Assembly: GCA_020724865.1 (NCBI GenBank)
Contig: DYGA01000004.1
Coordinates: forward strand, 6,351-70,350
Reading direction: 5' to 3'
DNA from: Candidatus Paceibacter sp.
Lineage (GTDB): Bacteria; Patescibacteriota; Patescibacteriia; S139-126
DNA: 64,000 nucleotides
This document shows, piece by piece, positions 9,952 through 18,905 of this stretch (its first letter is position 1; each line of letters opens with the position of its first letter). The position numbers and the translations under genes are program-made. Below the pieces are notes generated by a model, which worked only from the letters and a program-made list of their open reading frames with translations, was not told the origin of the DNA and made no database searches.

Positions 9952-10587
9952 TTATTTTATTTCTGGTATCAAGGGTACAAAAATGAAACCAGGATATTCT
10001 TTATATTTAAAATTTTTCTCTGACTCTCGCTTAATATAATAAATACTTTGTTTATCATCACCAATCGGCATAACTAAACGACCTCCGATTTTTAATTGAC
10101 TTAAAATAGCTTGGGGAACCTTCGGTGCTGCTGCAGCAGCAATTATGGCATCATAAGGTTCATATAATGGATAACCATCATAACCATTACATGCCACAAC
10201 TTCAATGTTAGTAAAATTATATTTTTTGATATTTTTTTTGGCAAACTCAACTAATTCGGGGATCCGTTCAATAGTTATAATCTGACCATTCTTACCTACG
10301 ATTTGAGCAAGTAAGGCCGCTTGCCAGCCAGAACCAGTACCAATATCCAAAATTTTTTCTCCCAACCGTGGTTGCAACAACTCAATCATAAAAGCAACTG
10401 TGGCTGGTTGAGAAATTGTCTGACCATAACCTATCAGTAAAGGATAATTATAATGAGATTCATGTTCCAATCCTTTCATTACAAAATCACTTCTGTTAAT
10501 CTGCCTAAAAGCAGCGATTATTTCTGGAGTTTTTAAATAATTATCTCGCTCTAATTCATCTATTAAGTTTTGATAGTGATATGACAT
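9952..10587 (-). CDS. pcm: Protein-L-isoaspartate O-methyltransferase
   Basis: IGYGQTISQP, ILDIGTGSGWQAA, QLKIGGRLVMPIG, FVPL. Confidence 0.93.
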   Translation of the reverse strand: MSYHYQNLIDELERDNYLKTPEIIAAFRQINRSDFVMKGLEHESHYNYPLLIGYGQTISQPATVAFMIELLQPRLGEKILDIGTGSGWQAALLAQIVGKNGQIITIERIPELVEFAKKNIKKYNFTNIEVVACNGYDGYPLYEPYDAIIAAAAAPKVPQAILSQLKIGGRLVMPIGDDKQSIYYIKRESEKNFKYKEYPGFIFVPLIPEIK

Positions 10588-10715
10588 AAATATATTTTAT
10601 CAAATTTTTCTTGTAAATAAAAATAAACTTGCTTGATTTTTTTGAAAAAATATGCTATACTATATATAGTTGATGTAAAACAACCAAAAAAACAAAAAAC
10701 AAAAACAAAAAATAT

Positions 10716-11309
10716 ATGTCAGAATATTTAGCAACCAATGCTAACTTTTGGGACAATAAAATATCTTTATCAACCAAAAAATATCTTCTAGTTTATTTAT
10801 CAGTTAATATTTTATTGGTTTTGCTCTTACAAGCATTCTTAATGGGAATGCTTTTTTTTATACCAGCCAATGCGCAAATTTTTCAAGCCAACCAAACAGA
10901 AGAATTAAAACCATTGGCTGCTCAGGAAATATTAAATATTGTAAATCAACAAAGAATGCAATATAATTTAAATGTCCTAACTGTAAATGATAAATTACAA
11001 TCTGCTGCTGAAGCTAAAGCAAATTATCTTCTCCACGAACAAATTTTTTCTCATTCTGGAAAAAACGGAGAACCATTTTCTTATTGGATAAAACAAAACA
11101 ACTACCAATACCAGCGAGTGGGAGAAAATTTAGCAATCTCTTTCACTGATAATAAAAAAATTGTTGATGCCTGGCTCGAATCTGAAACTCATCGCAAAAA
11201 TATTTTAAATCCTTATTATCACGAAACTGGCATAGCCATTAAATATGGTATATATCAAAATAAACCTACTTATATAGTAGTACAAATTTTTGGACAACCG
11301 CTTAAATAA
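10716..11309 (+). CDS. CAP/SCP domain protein
   Basis: TM anchor, VNQQR, FSH, GENLA, WLESETHRKNILNP. Confidence 0.85.
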   Translation: MSEYLATNANFWDNKISLSTKKYLLVYLSVNILLVLLLQAFLMGMLFFIPANAQIFQANQTEELKPLAAQEILNIVNQQRMQYNLNVLTVNDKLQSAAEAKANYLLHEQIFSHSGKNGEPFSYWIKQNNYQYQRVGENLAISFTDNKKIVDAWLESETHRKNILNPYYHETGIAIKYGIYQNKPTYIVVQIFGQPLK

Positions 11310-11313
11310 TTTT

Positions 11314-11742
11314 ATGACTTACAAAATATTAATTATACCGCTAATAGTCGTAGTTATTGTGCAAATTATTAAATCTCTTTATGATTTAAAAAAGGGACAT
11401 TTTAATTGGAATGTATTCATTACTTATGGCGGTATGCCATCGGGACATACAGCTCTGGTAGTTTCAACTGCTACTACCATAGGACTATATAGTGGTTTTG
11501 ATTCACCGGTTTTTTTACTGAGTTTAGTTTTAGCAATTTTAATTGTCCGAGATGCTTTAGGTTTTAGAATGCAATTGTCTGAACATGCGAAAATCTTAAA
11601 TAAATTGATCAAAGAACTACCTGATGAAAAAGAATTTAATTATCCATATTCTCCTGAAAGATTGGGGCATACCTACGCTCAAGTGATTGTCGGTGCGATC
11701 TTAGGTCTAGTTCTGACTTATTTATTTTATTATCTAATTTAA
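11314..11742 (+). CDS. Divergent PAP2 family protein (DUF212)
   Basis: GGMPSGHTA, RDALGFR, ERLGHT; ATG at 11314 preferred. Confidence 0.85.
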   Translation: MTYKILIIPLIVVVIVQIIKSLYDLKKGHFNWNVFITYGGMPSGHTALVVSTATTIGLYSGFDSPVFLLSLVLAILIVRDALGFRMQLSEHAKILNKLIKELPDEKEFNYPYSPERLGHTYAQVIVGAILGLVLTYLFYYLI

Positions 11743-11756
11743 TTTACTTCTAAAAC

Positions 11757-11780
11757 ACCCCGCCAAATTTCATGCGGGGT
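11757..11780. terminator. Terminator between convergent genes
   Basis: ACCCCGC/GCGGGGT inverted repeat. Confidence 0.6.
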
Positions 11781-11788
11781 ATATTTAT

Positions 11789-13360
11789 TTAAATCAATGA
11801 TTTGCCTGTCATTTCATCAGGAATAGGCAAACCCAATAAAGTTAAAATTGTGGGAGCAACATCAGCCAATACCCCCACTGGCGTACTCGCATACAATTCA
11901 TTTTTGTTAGCTAGCCTTCCCTGTCCAAGCCACTGGTTACCAATAATTAATAGAGGCACGGGTGAAGAAGAGTGTTCTTTGTCTATCTCTCCACTGCGTA
12001 ATTTAATCAATTCTTCAGCGTTACCATGATCTGCTGTTATCAATAAAACTCCATTGCGTACTAAAACTGCTTGAGCTATCTTACCTAAACAATCATCAAC
12101 CGCTTCAATACCTTTAATCGTAGCGGCTAAATTACCGGTATGTGCCACCATATCGGGCGAAGCATAATTGACTAATATAAACATATAATCACCTTTATTT
12201 ATTGCGGCAACAACTTTTTTAGTTACTTCGTAAGCTGACATTTCTGGCTTTTTATCGTAACTGGAAATCTTCGGAGAAGGTACCATTACATGTTCTTCAC
12301 CAGGAAAAGGTTTTTCTATACCGCCATTGAAAAAAAATGTTACGTGGGCATATTTTTCTGTTTCGGCTATATGAATTTGTTTGCCGCCATTATCTGAGAT
12401 TACCTTAGCCAAAGGTATAGAAACTATTTCTGGTGGAAAAGCAATTTTTACTGGCAAATCTTTTTCATATTCAGTCATAGTAACAAAAAATAGATTACGG
12501 CATACTTTTCCTCTAGTAAATCCTGTAAAATTATCCAACACCATTGCCTTGGTTAATTCCCGAGCGCGATCACTGCGAAAATTAAAATAAATAACTGCAT
12601 CATTATCGGAAATTAAGTTTGGATTTTTCTTTTCATCTACAATAATAGTAGGAACAAACTCCTCATCAAAAACACCACTTTCATAAGATTTATTGACTGC
12701 CTCTACCGGGTCGGTATAAACAAATTCAGCTTTACCTAAAACCATAGCATCATATACCTTAGCTATTCTATCCCAACGATTATCACGATCCATGGCGTAA
12801 AACCGACCACTAATTGATGCAATTTTACCCAAACCAACATTTTGTAAAACTTTTTGTAAAGCAACAATATAGCTCAACCCACTATTTTTTGCTGTATCAC
12901 GTCCATCTAAAAAAGCATGGATATATAAATCTTTGATTGAATTAATTTTAGCCGTTTCAATTAAAGCATAAAGATGCTCATTGAAGCTATGCACTCCACC
13001 ATCAGATACTAAACCCATAATATGTAACTTTGAATTATTTTTTTTAACATGATCAAATGCTTCTAAAAACGCTTTATTTTTTATAAAACTACCATCGGAA
13101 ATAGCTCTAGTAATACGAGGTAAATTTTGGTATAAAATTTTTCCTGAACCCAATGATAAATGTCCGACTTCTGAATTACCCATCTCGCCCCATGGCAAAC
13201 CCACAGCTTCACCAGAAGCTTGAATATTAAAAGATGGATAATTTAATAAAAAACTATCATAATTTGGTGTATTAGCTAGGGATATTGCATTGCCTATAGA
13301 AGGCGGGGCAATTCCCCAGCCATCAAGCACTACTAATACAACAGGAAGGTTAAATTTCAT
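11789..13360 (-). CDS. gpmI: 2,3-BPG-independent phosphoglycerate mutase (copy 1)
   Basis: LDGWG, GNSEVGH, DGRD, GRFYAMDRD, ETEKYAHVTFF, TADHGNAE. Confidence 0.95.
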   Translation of the reverse strand: MKFNLPVVLVVLDGWGIAPPSIGNAISLANTPNYDSFLLNYPSFNIQASGEAVGLPWGEMGNSEVGHLSLGSGKILYQNLPRITRAISDGSFIKNKAFLEAFDHVKKNNSKLHIMGLVSDGGVHSFNEHLYALIETAKINSIKDLYIHAFLDGRDTAKNSGLSYIVALQKVLQNVGLGKIASISGRFYAMDRDNRWDRIAKVYDAMVLGKAEFVYTDPVEAVNKSYESGVFDEEFVPTIIVDEKKNPNLISDNDAVIYFNFRSDRARELTKAMVLDNFTGFTRGKVCRNLFFVTMTEYEKDLPVKIAFPPEIVSIPLAKVISDNGGKQIHIAETEKYAHVTFFFNGGIEKPFPGEEHVMVPSPKISSYDKKPEMSAYEVTKKVVAAINKGDYMFILVNYASPDMVAHTGNLAATIKGIEAVDDCLGKIAQAVLVRNGVLLITADHGNAEELIKLRSGEIDKEHSSSPVPLLIIGNQWLGQGRLANKNELYASTPVGVLADVAPTILTLLGLPIPDEMTGKSLI

Positions 13361-13362
13361 AA

Positions 13363-14937
13363 TTACTCATTAGCTAATAAATTTCTTCCAGTCATTTCTC
13401 TGGTTTTGGGTATATTCATCACAGATAAAATGGTTGGTGCAACATCAGCCAATCTGCCGTTAGGAAATTTATGAGTTGGAAAAAGCCTGTTATTGGCTAT
13501 AATATAAAATGGCACGGGATTACTAGAATGTTCAGTATCAATTTCTCCAGTTTGAACATTGATGATTTCTTCAACATTACCATGATCAGCAGTTACAAAC
13601 AAAACGCCGTCGCGAGACAATACTTCCTTTTGCAACAAACCTAAATTTTTATCAACACACTCAATTGCCTTAATCGCCGCACCTAAATTACCGGTATGAC
13701 CCATCATATCAGGTGCAGCATAATTGATGGCATAAAAATCATACTTATTATTTTTAATATTCTCAATTACAATTTCGGTTATCTTGTCAGTTGACATTTC
13801 TGGTGTTTGATCATATGAATCAACAATCGGCGAAGGAACAAAAACTCTGTCCTCACCAGCTACGGTATGATCATGCCCGCCATTAAAAAAATAAGTGATA
13901 TGAGCATATTTTTCGCCCTCGGCAATATAAAGTTGTTTTAAATTTCTTAAAGCATAAGGCAAGGTACCACTAATATTTGCTGAGGGATAAGCAGTCAAAA
14001 CATGGTCAAGATCAGGACCAAAATCTGTCATGGCAACAAAAACTAGATTTTTTATAATTTTTTCCCTTTGAAAAGAACCTGGATTTTTGTCTTCAAACTC
14101 TTTTTGAACAAAGGGTTTAGTCAGTTGTCTGGCTCGATCAGATCTAAGATTATAAAAAATTATTGAATCATTGTCTTTTATTCGCCCGTAGTTAGGGTCA
14201 TTGTTCATACTAATTATTGTTGGGCTGATAAATTCATCTGTTTCACCACAAGCATAAGCTTCTTTGATGGCTTTTTCTGGTTTAATTGCTAATTTACCAA
14301 TGCCCATAGTTAAAGCCTCATAAGCTTTTTTAGTTTTAGCCCAATCTTTTTTGCGATCCAATAAAACCCGCCCCATTATAGTTACAATTCTTTCGCGAGG
14401 CTGTAAAATCTCTTCAAGATTTCTTAAAAAACCAAGCCCAGCATGCTTGGGCGTATCTCGACCATCAGTAAATAAATGTAAATAAATTTCATTAGTTAAA
14501 TTTTTTTGGCGAATTAACTTTAATAACGCTTCCAAATGCTTAGGATTAACATGTCCAGAATGTTTATCAGATAATAAGCCCATGAGATGTAAATTACTGT
14601 TATTTTTTTGTACATGAGCAATAGCAGAAATAAAAGCTGAATTCTTAAAAAATGTGCCGTCTTCAATACTATGATTAATAATTGAAACATCTTGCCCAAC
14701 AACTCTACCGGCGCCAATATTCATGTGACCGGCTTCACTGTTACCATCCTGATTTGGCATCAGTCCAACATCTTCTCCTGAAGCTGCCAAAAAAGTATGA
14801 TAATATTTTTCACGAAATAAATTAAAATTTGGTGTGTGAGCCATCTCTACAGGATTGTCAGGTTGATTGGCGGCTATTCCCAAACCATCAATCACTACCA
14901 AAACATAAGGTTTTCTTTGTACTTGATTATCTGGCAT
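13363..14937 (-). CDS. gpmI: 2,3-BPG-independent phosphoglycerate mutase (copy 2, divergent)
   Basis: IDGLG, GNSEAGH, DGRD, EGEKYAHITYF, DMMGHTG, TADHGN. Confidence 0.9.
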   Translation of the reverse strand: MPDNQVQRKPYVLVVIDGLGIAANQPDNPVEMAHTPNFNLFREKYYHTFLAASGEDVGLMPNQDGNSEAGHMNIGAGRVVGQDVSIINHSIEDGTFFKNSAFISAIAHVQKNNSNLHLMGLLSDKHSGHVNPKHLEALLKLIRQKNLTNEIYLHLFTDGRDTPKHAGLGFLRNLEEILQPRERIVTIMGRVLLDRKKDWAKTKKAYEALTMGIGKLAIKPEKAIKEAYACGETDEFISPTIISMNNDPNYGRIKDNDSIIFYNLRSDRARQLTKPFVQKEFEDKNPGSFQREKIIKNLVFVAMTDFGPDLDHVLTAYPSANISGTLPYALRNLKQLYIAEGEKYAHITYFFNGGHDHTVAGEDRVFVPSPIVDSYDQTPEMSTDKITEIVIENIKNNKYDFYAINYAAPDMMGHTGNLGAAIKAIECVDKNLGLLQKEVLSRDGVLFVTADHGNVEEIINVQTGEIDTEHSSNPVPFYIIANNRLFPTHKFPNGRLADVAPTILSVMNIPKTREMTGRNLLANE

Positions 14938-15007
14938 ATTTTAAAAAAATAGTAAAAAATAAGGTTATAACACCTTATTATATATTAACATATTTTGATA
15001 AAATAAA

Positions 15008-16243
15008 TTATTTGGCATGTTCAATCTTTAACAGACGATTATACTTAGCTAATCTTTCCGATCGGGCCGGGGCGCCGCTCTTAATATAATCGGCACTTAC
15101 GGCAACAGCTAAATCAGCAATGAAATCATCAGTCGTTTCACCACTGCGATGAGAAATAATAATTTTATAATTATTTTTTTGAGCGGCAATTACTGTTTGC
15201 ATAGTTTCGGTAACTGTACCGATTTGATTTAATTTAATTAAAATTGCATTAGCAACTTTTTGATCTATACCTTGCTGCAAGCGTTCCTGATTGGTGACGA
15301 ATAAATCATCACCAACTAACAAAGTCTTGGCTCCTAATTCTTTGGTCAATTTTTGCCAACCTAACCAATCATCCTCAGCTAGACCATCTTCAATGGCCAG
15401 CAATGAATATTTATCAATCCATTTTTTATATATATTTATCAATTTTTCAATGCTTGTTTTTTTATTTTCAAAATTATAATTTTTACCATCAAAAAATTCA
15501 GAAGCAGCAACATCTAAAGCCAAAAAAATATCCTTGCCCAACTTATACTTAGACATTTTTATTGCCTGAACTAATAATTGCAAAGCTACTTCAGAATTTA
15601 ACAAACGTGGGGCAAAGCCACCTTCATCACCTAGTCCTGTTGATAATTTTTTTGTTTTTAGTATTTTTTTTAAAACATGATAAATCTCCGCTCCCGCTCT
15701 CAATCTTTCGGCAAAAGTATGTTGTTTGGGAACAATCATAAATTCTTGAATTGACAATCCATTATCAGCATGTTTTCCTCCATTTAAAATATTCATCATT
15801 GGTATAGGTATTCTTATTTTATAATTATAACCATATACTTGACGTAAAAACGCAAACAATGGTTGTCGATAATGATACGCACAAGCTCGGGCATAAGCCA
15901 TTGATACACCCAAAATAGCATTGGCTCCCAACCTCTGTTTATTAACCGTACCATCAAGCGAACATAAGGTATAATCCAAATCAATTAAATCATCAATTTT
16001 TTTATTGACGATTGTTTTGGCAATTTCATTCTCAATATTTTTTATCGCCTGTCTAACACCTAAACCCTGATACCTTTTGCCTCCATCTCTTAATTCAAAT
16101 GCCTCATGGCGTCCAGTAGAAGCTCCTGACGGCACCAAAGCTGAAGCTTTAACTCCTGAACTCAATTCTATAAAAGTAGCCACCGTAGGATTGCCACGAG
16201 AATCAAGTATTTCTAAACCCTTAATTTTTTTTATTGTTAACAT
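15008..16243 (-). CDS. eno: Enolase
   Basis: DSRGNPTV, VPSGASTG, GDEGGFAP, LIKLNQIG, SHRSGET. Confidence 0.97.
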   Translation of the reverse strand: MLTIKKIKGLEILDSRGNPTVATFIELSSGVKASALVPSGASTGRHEAFELRDGGKRYQGLGVRQAIKNIENEIAKTIVNKKIDDLIDLDYTLCSLDGTVNKQRLGANAILGVSMAYARACAYHYRQPLFAFLRQVYGYNYKIRIPIPMMNILNGGKHADNGLSIQEFMIVPKQHTFAERLRAGAEIYHVLKKILKTKKLSTGLGDEGGFAPRLLNSEVALQLLVQAIKMSKYKLGKDIFLALDVAASEFFDGKNYNFENKKTSIEKLINIYKKWIDKYSLLAIEDGLAEDDWLGWQKLTKELGAKTLLVGDDLFVTNQERLQQGIDQKVANAILIKLNQIGTVTETMQTVIAAQKNNYKIIISHRSGETTDDFIADLAVAVSADYIKSGAPARSERLAKYNRLLKIEHAK

Positions 16244-16256
16244 AAATATTTTTATT

Positions 16257-16760
16257 TTATTTAATAATTTTTATAATATCATCAGCATTATATAAATTTT
16301 GACCAATGCCATCTGGACCAAATGAGCCAACTACCGCGCTATTATGGCAACCAGCATTTCCATTACACGGTTTATTATCAGTAGTTAATTGATAATCAGT
16401 ATCAAAAAAATATTTATTCCCCCACGGGTCAATAGGGATATCACCCATATATGGACCAGCCCAATTTAAATATAAACCATCAGAAGACAAAATTCCTGCC
16501 GCATCTGTAGCTAAATCCCATAATTCGTTGGCACTACCAGAATTAATTTCTTCAGCTGTCTGGTGTCCTGGCCATTCGCCCGTATCAACCATCAACTGGC
16601 CCATGGCTGTATAAATAATATCAATATCATGTTGGGCTTTGGCAATTTTTGCTTTTTGTCTTGCAGATCTGACTGCTATGACAGTCAAAGTACTTAATAC
16701 TCCAATAATAGCAATTACTATTAACACCTCGACCAATGTAAAACCTTTTAATCGGGGCAT
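16257..16760 (-). CDS. Type IV pilin / GspG-like pseudopilin
   Basis: Class III signal KG-FTLVEVLIVIAIIG; W.GPY..DPWGNKY motif. Confidence 0.88.
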   Translation of the reverse strand: MPRLKGFTLVEVLIVIAIIGVLSTLTVIAVRSARQKAKIAKAQHDIDIIYTAMGQLMVDTGEWPGHQTAEEINSGSANELWDLATDAAGILSSDGLYLNWAGPYMGDIPIDPWGNKYFFDTDYQLTTDNKPCNGNAGCHNSAVVGSFGPDGIGQNLYNADDIIKIIK

Positions 16761-16761
16761 G

Positions 16762-17961
16762 TTATTTTTTTATCAATAAAGGTTTAATTCCGGGTAATAC
16801 TTTTCCTTCCAAAAATTCTATCATAGCTCCGCCCCCAGTGGAAACATAATCAAAACTGTCAAAAATTCCCATATCTTGAATTAACCAAACAGTTTCACCA
16901 CCGCCGACAATACTAAAACATGAACCTTTTGATCTGGCAGCAATCAGTTCAGCTAAGGCTCTACTGGCATGACTGGCTTTTCTGTCTTCAACTATACCTA
17001 AAGGTCCATTCCAAACAATCAATTTAGCTGCTTTTATTATTTTTGACCATACCCTAACTGTATTTGTACCAATATCAATTATTTTATCATTTGGTCCTAT
17101 GTCAGTAACTGGTTTTTGCCATGTTTCAACTGATTTAGTTTTAATATTGTCAACAGTTACATCAATTGGTAATAATATTTTTTTTCCATTTTTTTTTAAA
17201 ATTTTTTTTGTTGATACTATAAATTTCTTTTCAACTATTGATTTGCCAACTTTCTTACCATCGGCTAAAAGAAAATTATTGGCCAATCCGCCGCCCAACA
17301 TAACAAAATCAGAAAGTTTTGACAATTTTTCTACTAGTTGTATCTTGGTGCTAATTTTTGCCCCTCCCAAAATGGTAACAAATGGCCTTTGGCGCTTTTT
17401 CATCAATCTGGTTAACTCAGTAATTTCACTAGTCATTAAAAAACCGGCATAAGCAGGTAAATAATCAGCAATAGCCACCTGCGAAGCTGAGGCACGATGA
17501 CTGACCGCAAAAGCATCATTAATAAATATGTCTCCTAAACTAGCCAATTTTTTGGCAAATTCTTTACTATTTGTATCTTCACCTTTAAAAAAACGTAAAT
17601 TTTCCAAAACCGCAATTTGACCATTTTTCAATAAATCTACATTTTGTTTTATTTTCCTAAAATCCCTCTCGGTAATCAATTTTATATTTTGCCCCAATAA
17701 AGTTATCAGCCTTTTAACTATTGGCGCTAATGATAAATTCTTGTCAACTTTGCCCTGCGGACGACCAAGATGAGACAATAATATAATAATTGCCCCTTGA
17801 TCCTGCAAATAATTAATAGTCGGCAGTATTCTTTGTAATTTAAAATCTTCATTCTTATCAACGGTTTTATCTGGTCCGAGTTTAACATTAAGATCAACTC
17901 TTAATAAAACTTTTTGCCCTCGAAATTTTTTGTTCTTATTGATTGTTTTTAATTTTAGCAT
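16762..17961 (-). CDS. pgk: Phosphoglycerate kinase
   Basis: RVDLNV, SHLGRP, LENLRF, NDAFAVSHR, GGAKISTK, STGGGA; ATG at 17961 preferred. Confidence 0.96.
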   Translation of the reverse strand: MLKLKTINKNKKFRGQKVLLRVDLNVKLGPDKTVDKNEDFKLQRILPTINYLQDQGAIIILLSHLGRPQGKVDKNLSLAPIVKRLITLLGQNIKLITERDFRKIKQNVDLLKNGQIAVLENLRFFKGEDTNSKEFAKKLASLGDIFINDAFAVSHRASASQVAIADYLPAYAGFLMTSEITELTRLMKKRQRPFVTILGGAKISTKIQLVEKLSKLSDFVMLGGGLANNFLLADGKKVGKSIVEKKFIVSTKKILKKNGKKILLPIDVTVDNIKTKSVETWQKPVTDIGPNDKIIDIGTNTVRVWSKIIKAAKLIVWNGPLGIVEDRKASHASRALAELIAARSKGSCFSIVGGGETVWLIQDMGIFDSFDYVSTGGGAMIEFLEGKVLPGIKPLLIKK

Positions 17962-18004
17962 ATACAAATAATAACATATTTTTTTAATATTTTCTATTAT
18001 CTAT

Positions 18005-18526
18005 CTAAAATTTATATACAAAAATTGCTAAAGAATCACTGGTTGGTTTATCAATTTCTAAAAGGTTTAATTCATGAAACTTAAAAACATAGGATAATAA
18101 TAAAGCGCCTGGTTTTGCTTGTTTTTTAATCTTTGCGGTTAATCTTTTTTTAATACTGCGCGGATAACCATATACAAAAATAATATCAAATTCTTTCAAA
18201 TCAATATTAAATAAATCTTGATACTTGATTTTTAAATTTTTTAAACCAAAAAATTTTGCTCTCAACCAAGCAAATAAAAATAAGGGTAAAGCTATTTCCA
18301 CACCAACAAATTCAATATCCGGATTTTTCTTGGCTAAAAAAATAATTAATCCAGCGCTGCCACAACCTAAATCAATAAATTTTTTTGGATTATTTTTTTT
18401 TATCAACTGATTTATTCGTTGATAATCTTTAACTTTAGTAGGCACCCAAGGAGCTAAAGAAGATGAACCACGAGCAAAACCATATACTGATATTAAAATT
18501 ACAATCAATAATAATGTTTCCAACAT
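18005..18526 (-). CDS. Class I SAM-dependent methyltransferase
   Basis: N-terminal TM, APWVPT, IDLGCGSA, GVE. Confidence 0.8.
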   Translation of the reverse strand: MLETLLLIVILISVYGFARGSSSLAPWVPTKVKDYQRINQLIKKNNPKKFIDLGCGSAGLIIFLAKKNPDIEFVGVEIALPLFLFAWLRAKFFGLKNLKIKYQDLFNIDLKEFDIIFVYGYPRSIKKRLTAKIKKQAKPGALLLSYVFKFHELNLLEIDKPTSDSLAIFVYKF

Positions 18527-18630
18527 ATTTATATAATATAGTTTTTATAAAAATAAAAAAAGCATACCAACAGTATTTTAAAATATTTTTTTAAAAATTT
18601 GGGATTATAATTTTTTATATCTTACAGCTT

Positions 18631-18671
18631 AAAAAAAATATACCCTCGGCTTTTGAGCTGAGGGTATATTT
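18631..18671 (-). terminator. Strong intrinsic terminator
   Basis: AAATATACCCTCAGC-TCAAAA-GCCGAGGGTATATTTTTTTT on minus strand. Confidence 0.8.
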
Positions 18672-18672
18672 G

Positions 18673-18810
18673 TTACATATCTTCATCATAATCTTCTTCC
18701 ATATCATCTTCGTCTTCGTCATCCATGTCATCATCTGCATAATCATCCTCCAAACCTTCTTCAAAATTATCTTCGTTTTCATCTTCCATCATATAATCTT
18801 CATTGGGCAT
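18673..18810 (-). CDS. Hyper-acidic small protein (45 aa, absent from ORF track)
   Basis: MPNEDYMMEDENEDNFEEGLEDDYADDDMDDEDEDDMEEDYDEDM; upstream TGCTATAAT and a terminator directly after the stop. Confidence 0.7.
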   Translation of the reverse strand: MPNEDYMMEDENEDNFEEGLEDDYADDDMDDEDEDDMEEDYDEDM

Positions 18811-18905
18811 AAATAAATATTAATTATTAAAACTAACCAAATAATTGCTATTATTATAGCAAACATTTATAAATTGCCTACTTAGCAGATATCCACAATA
18901 CATAA

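Noticed and set aside
18673-18810. Low-complexity TCA/TCT stretch as a microsatellite or CRISPR array
   Set aside because: No fixed repeat unit or spacers; explained by Asp/Glu codons on the minus strand
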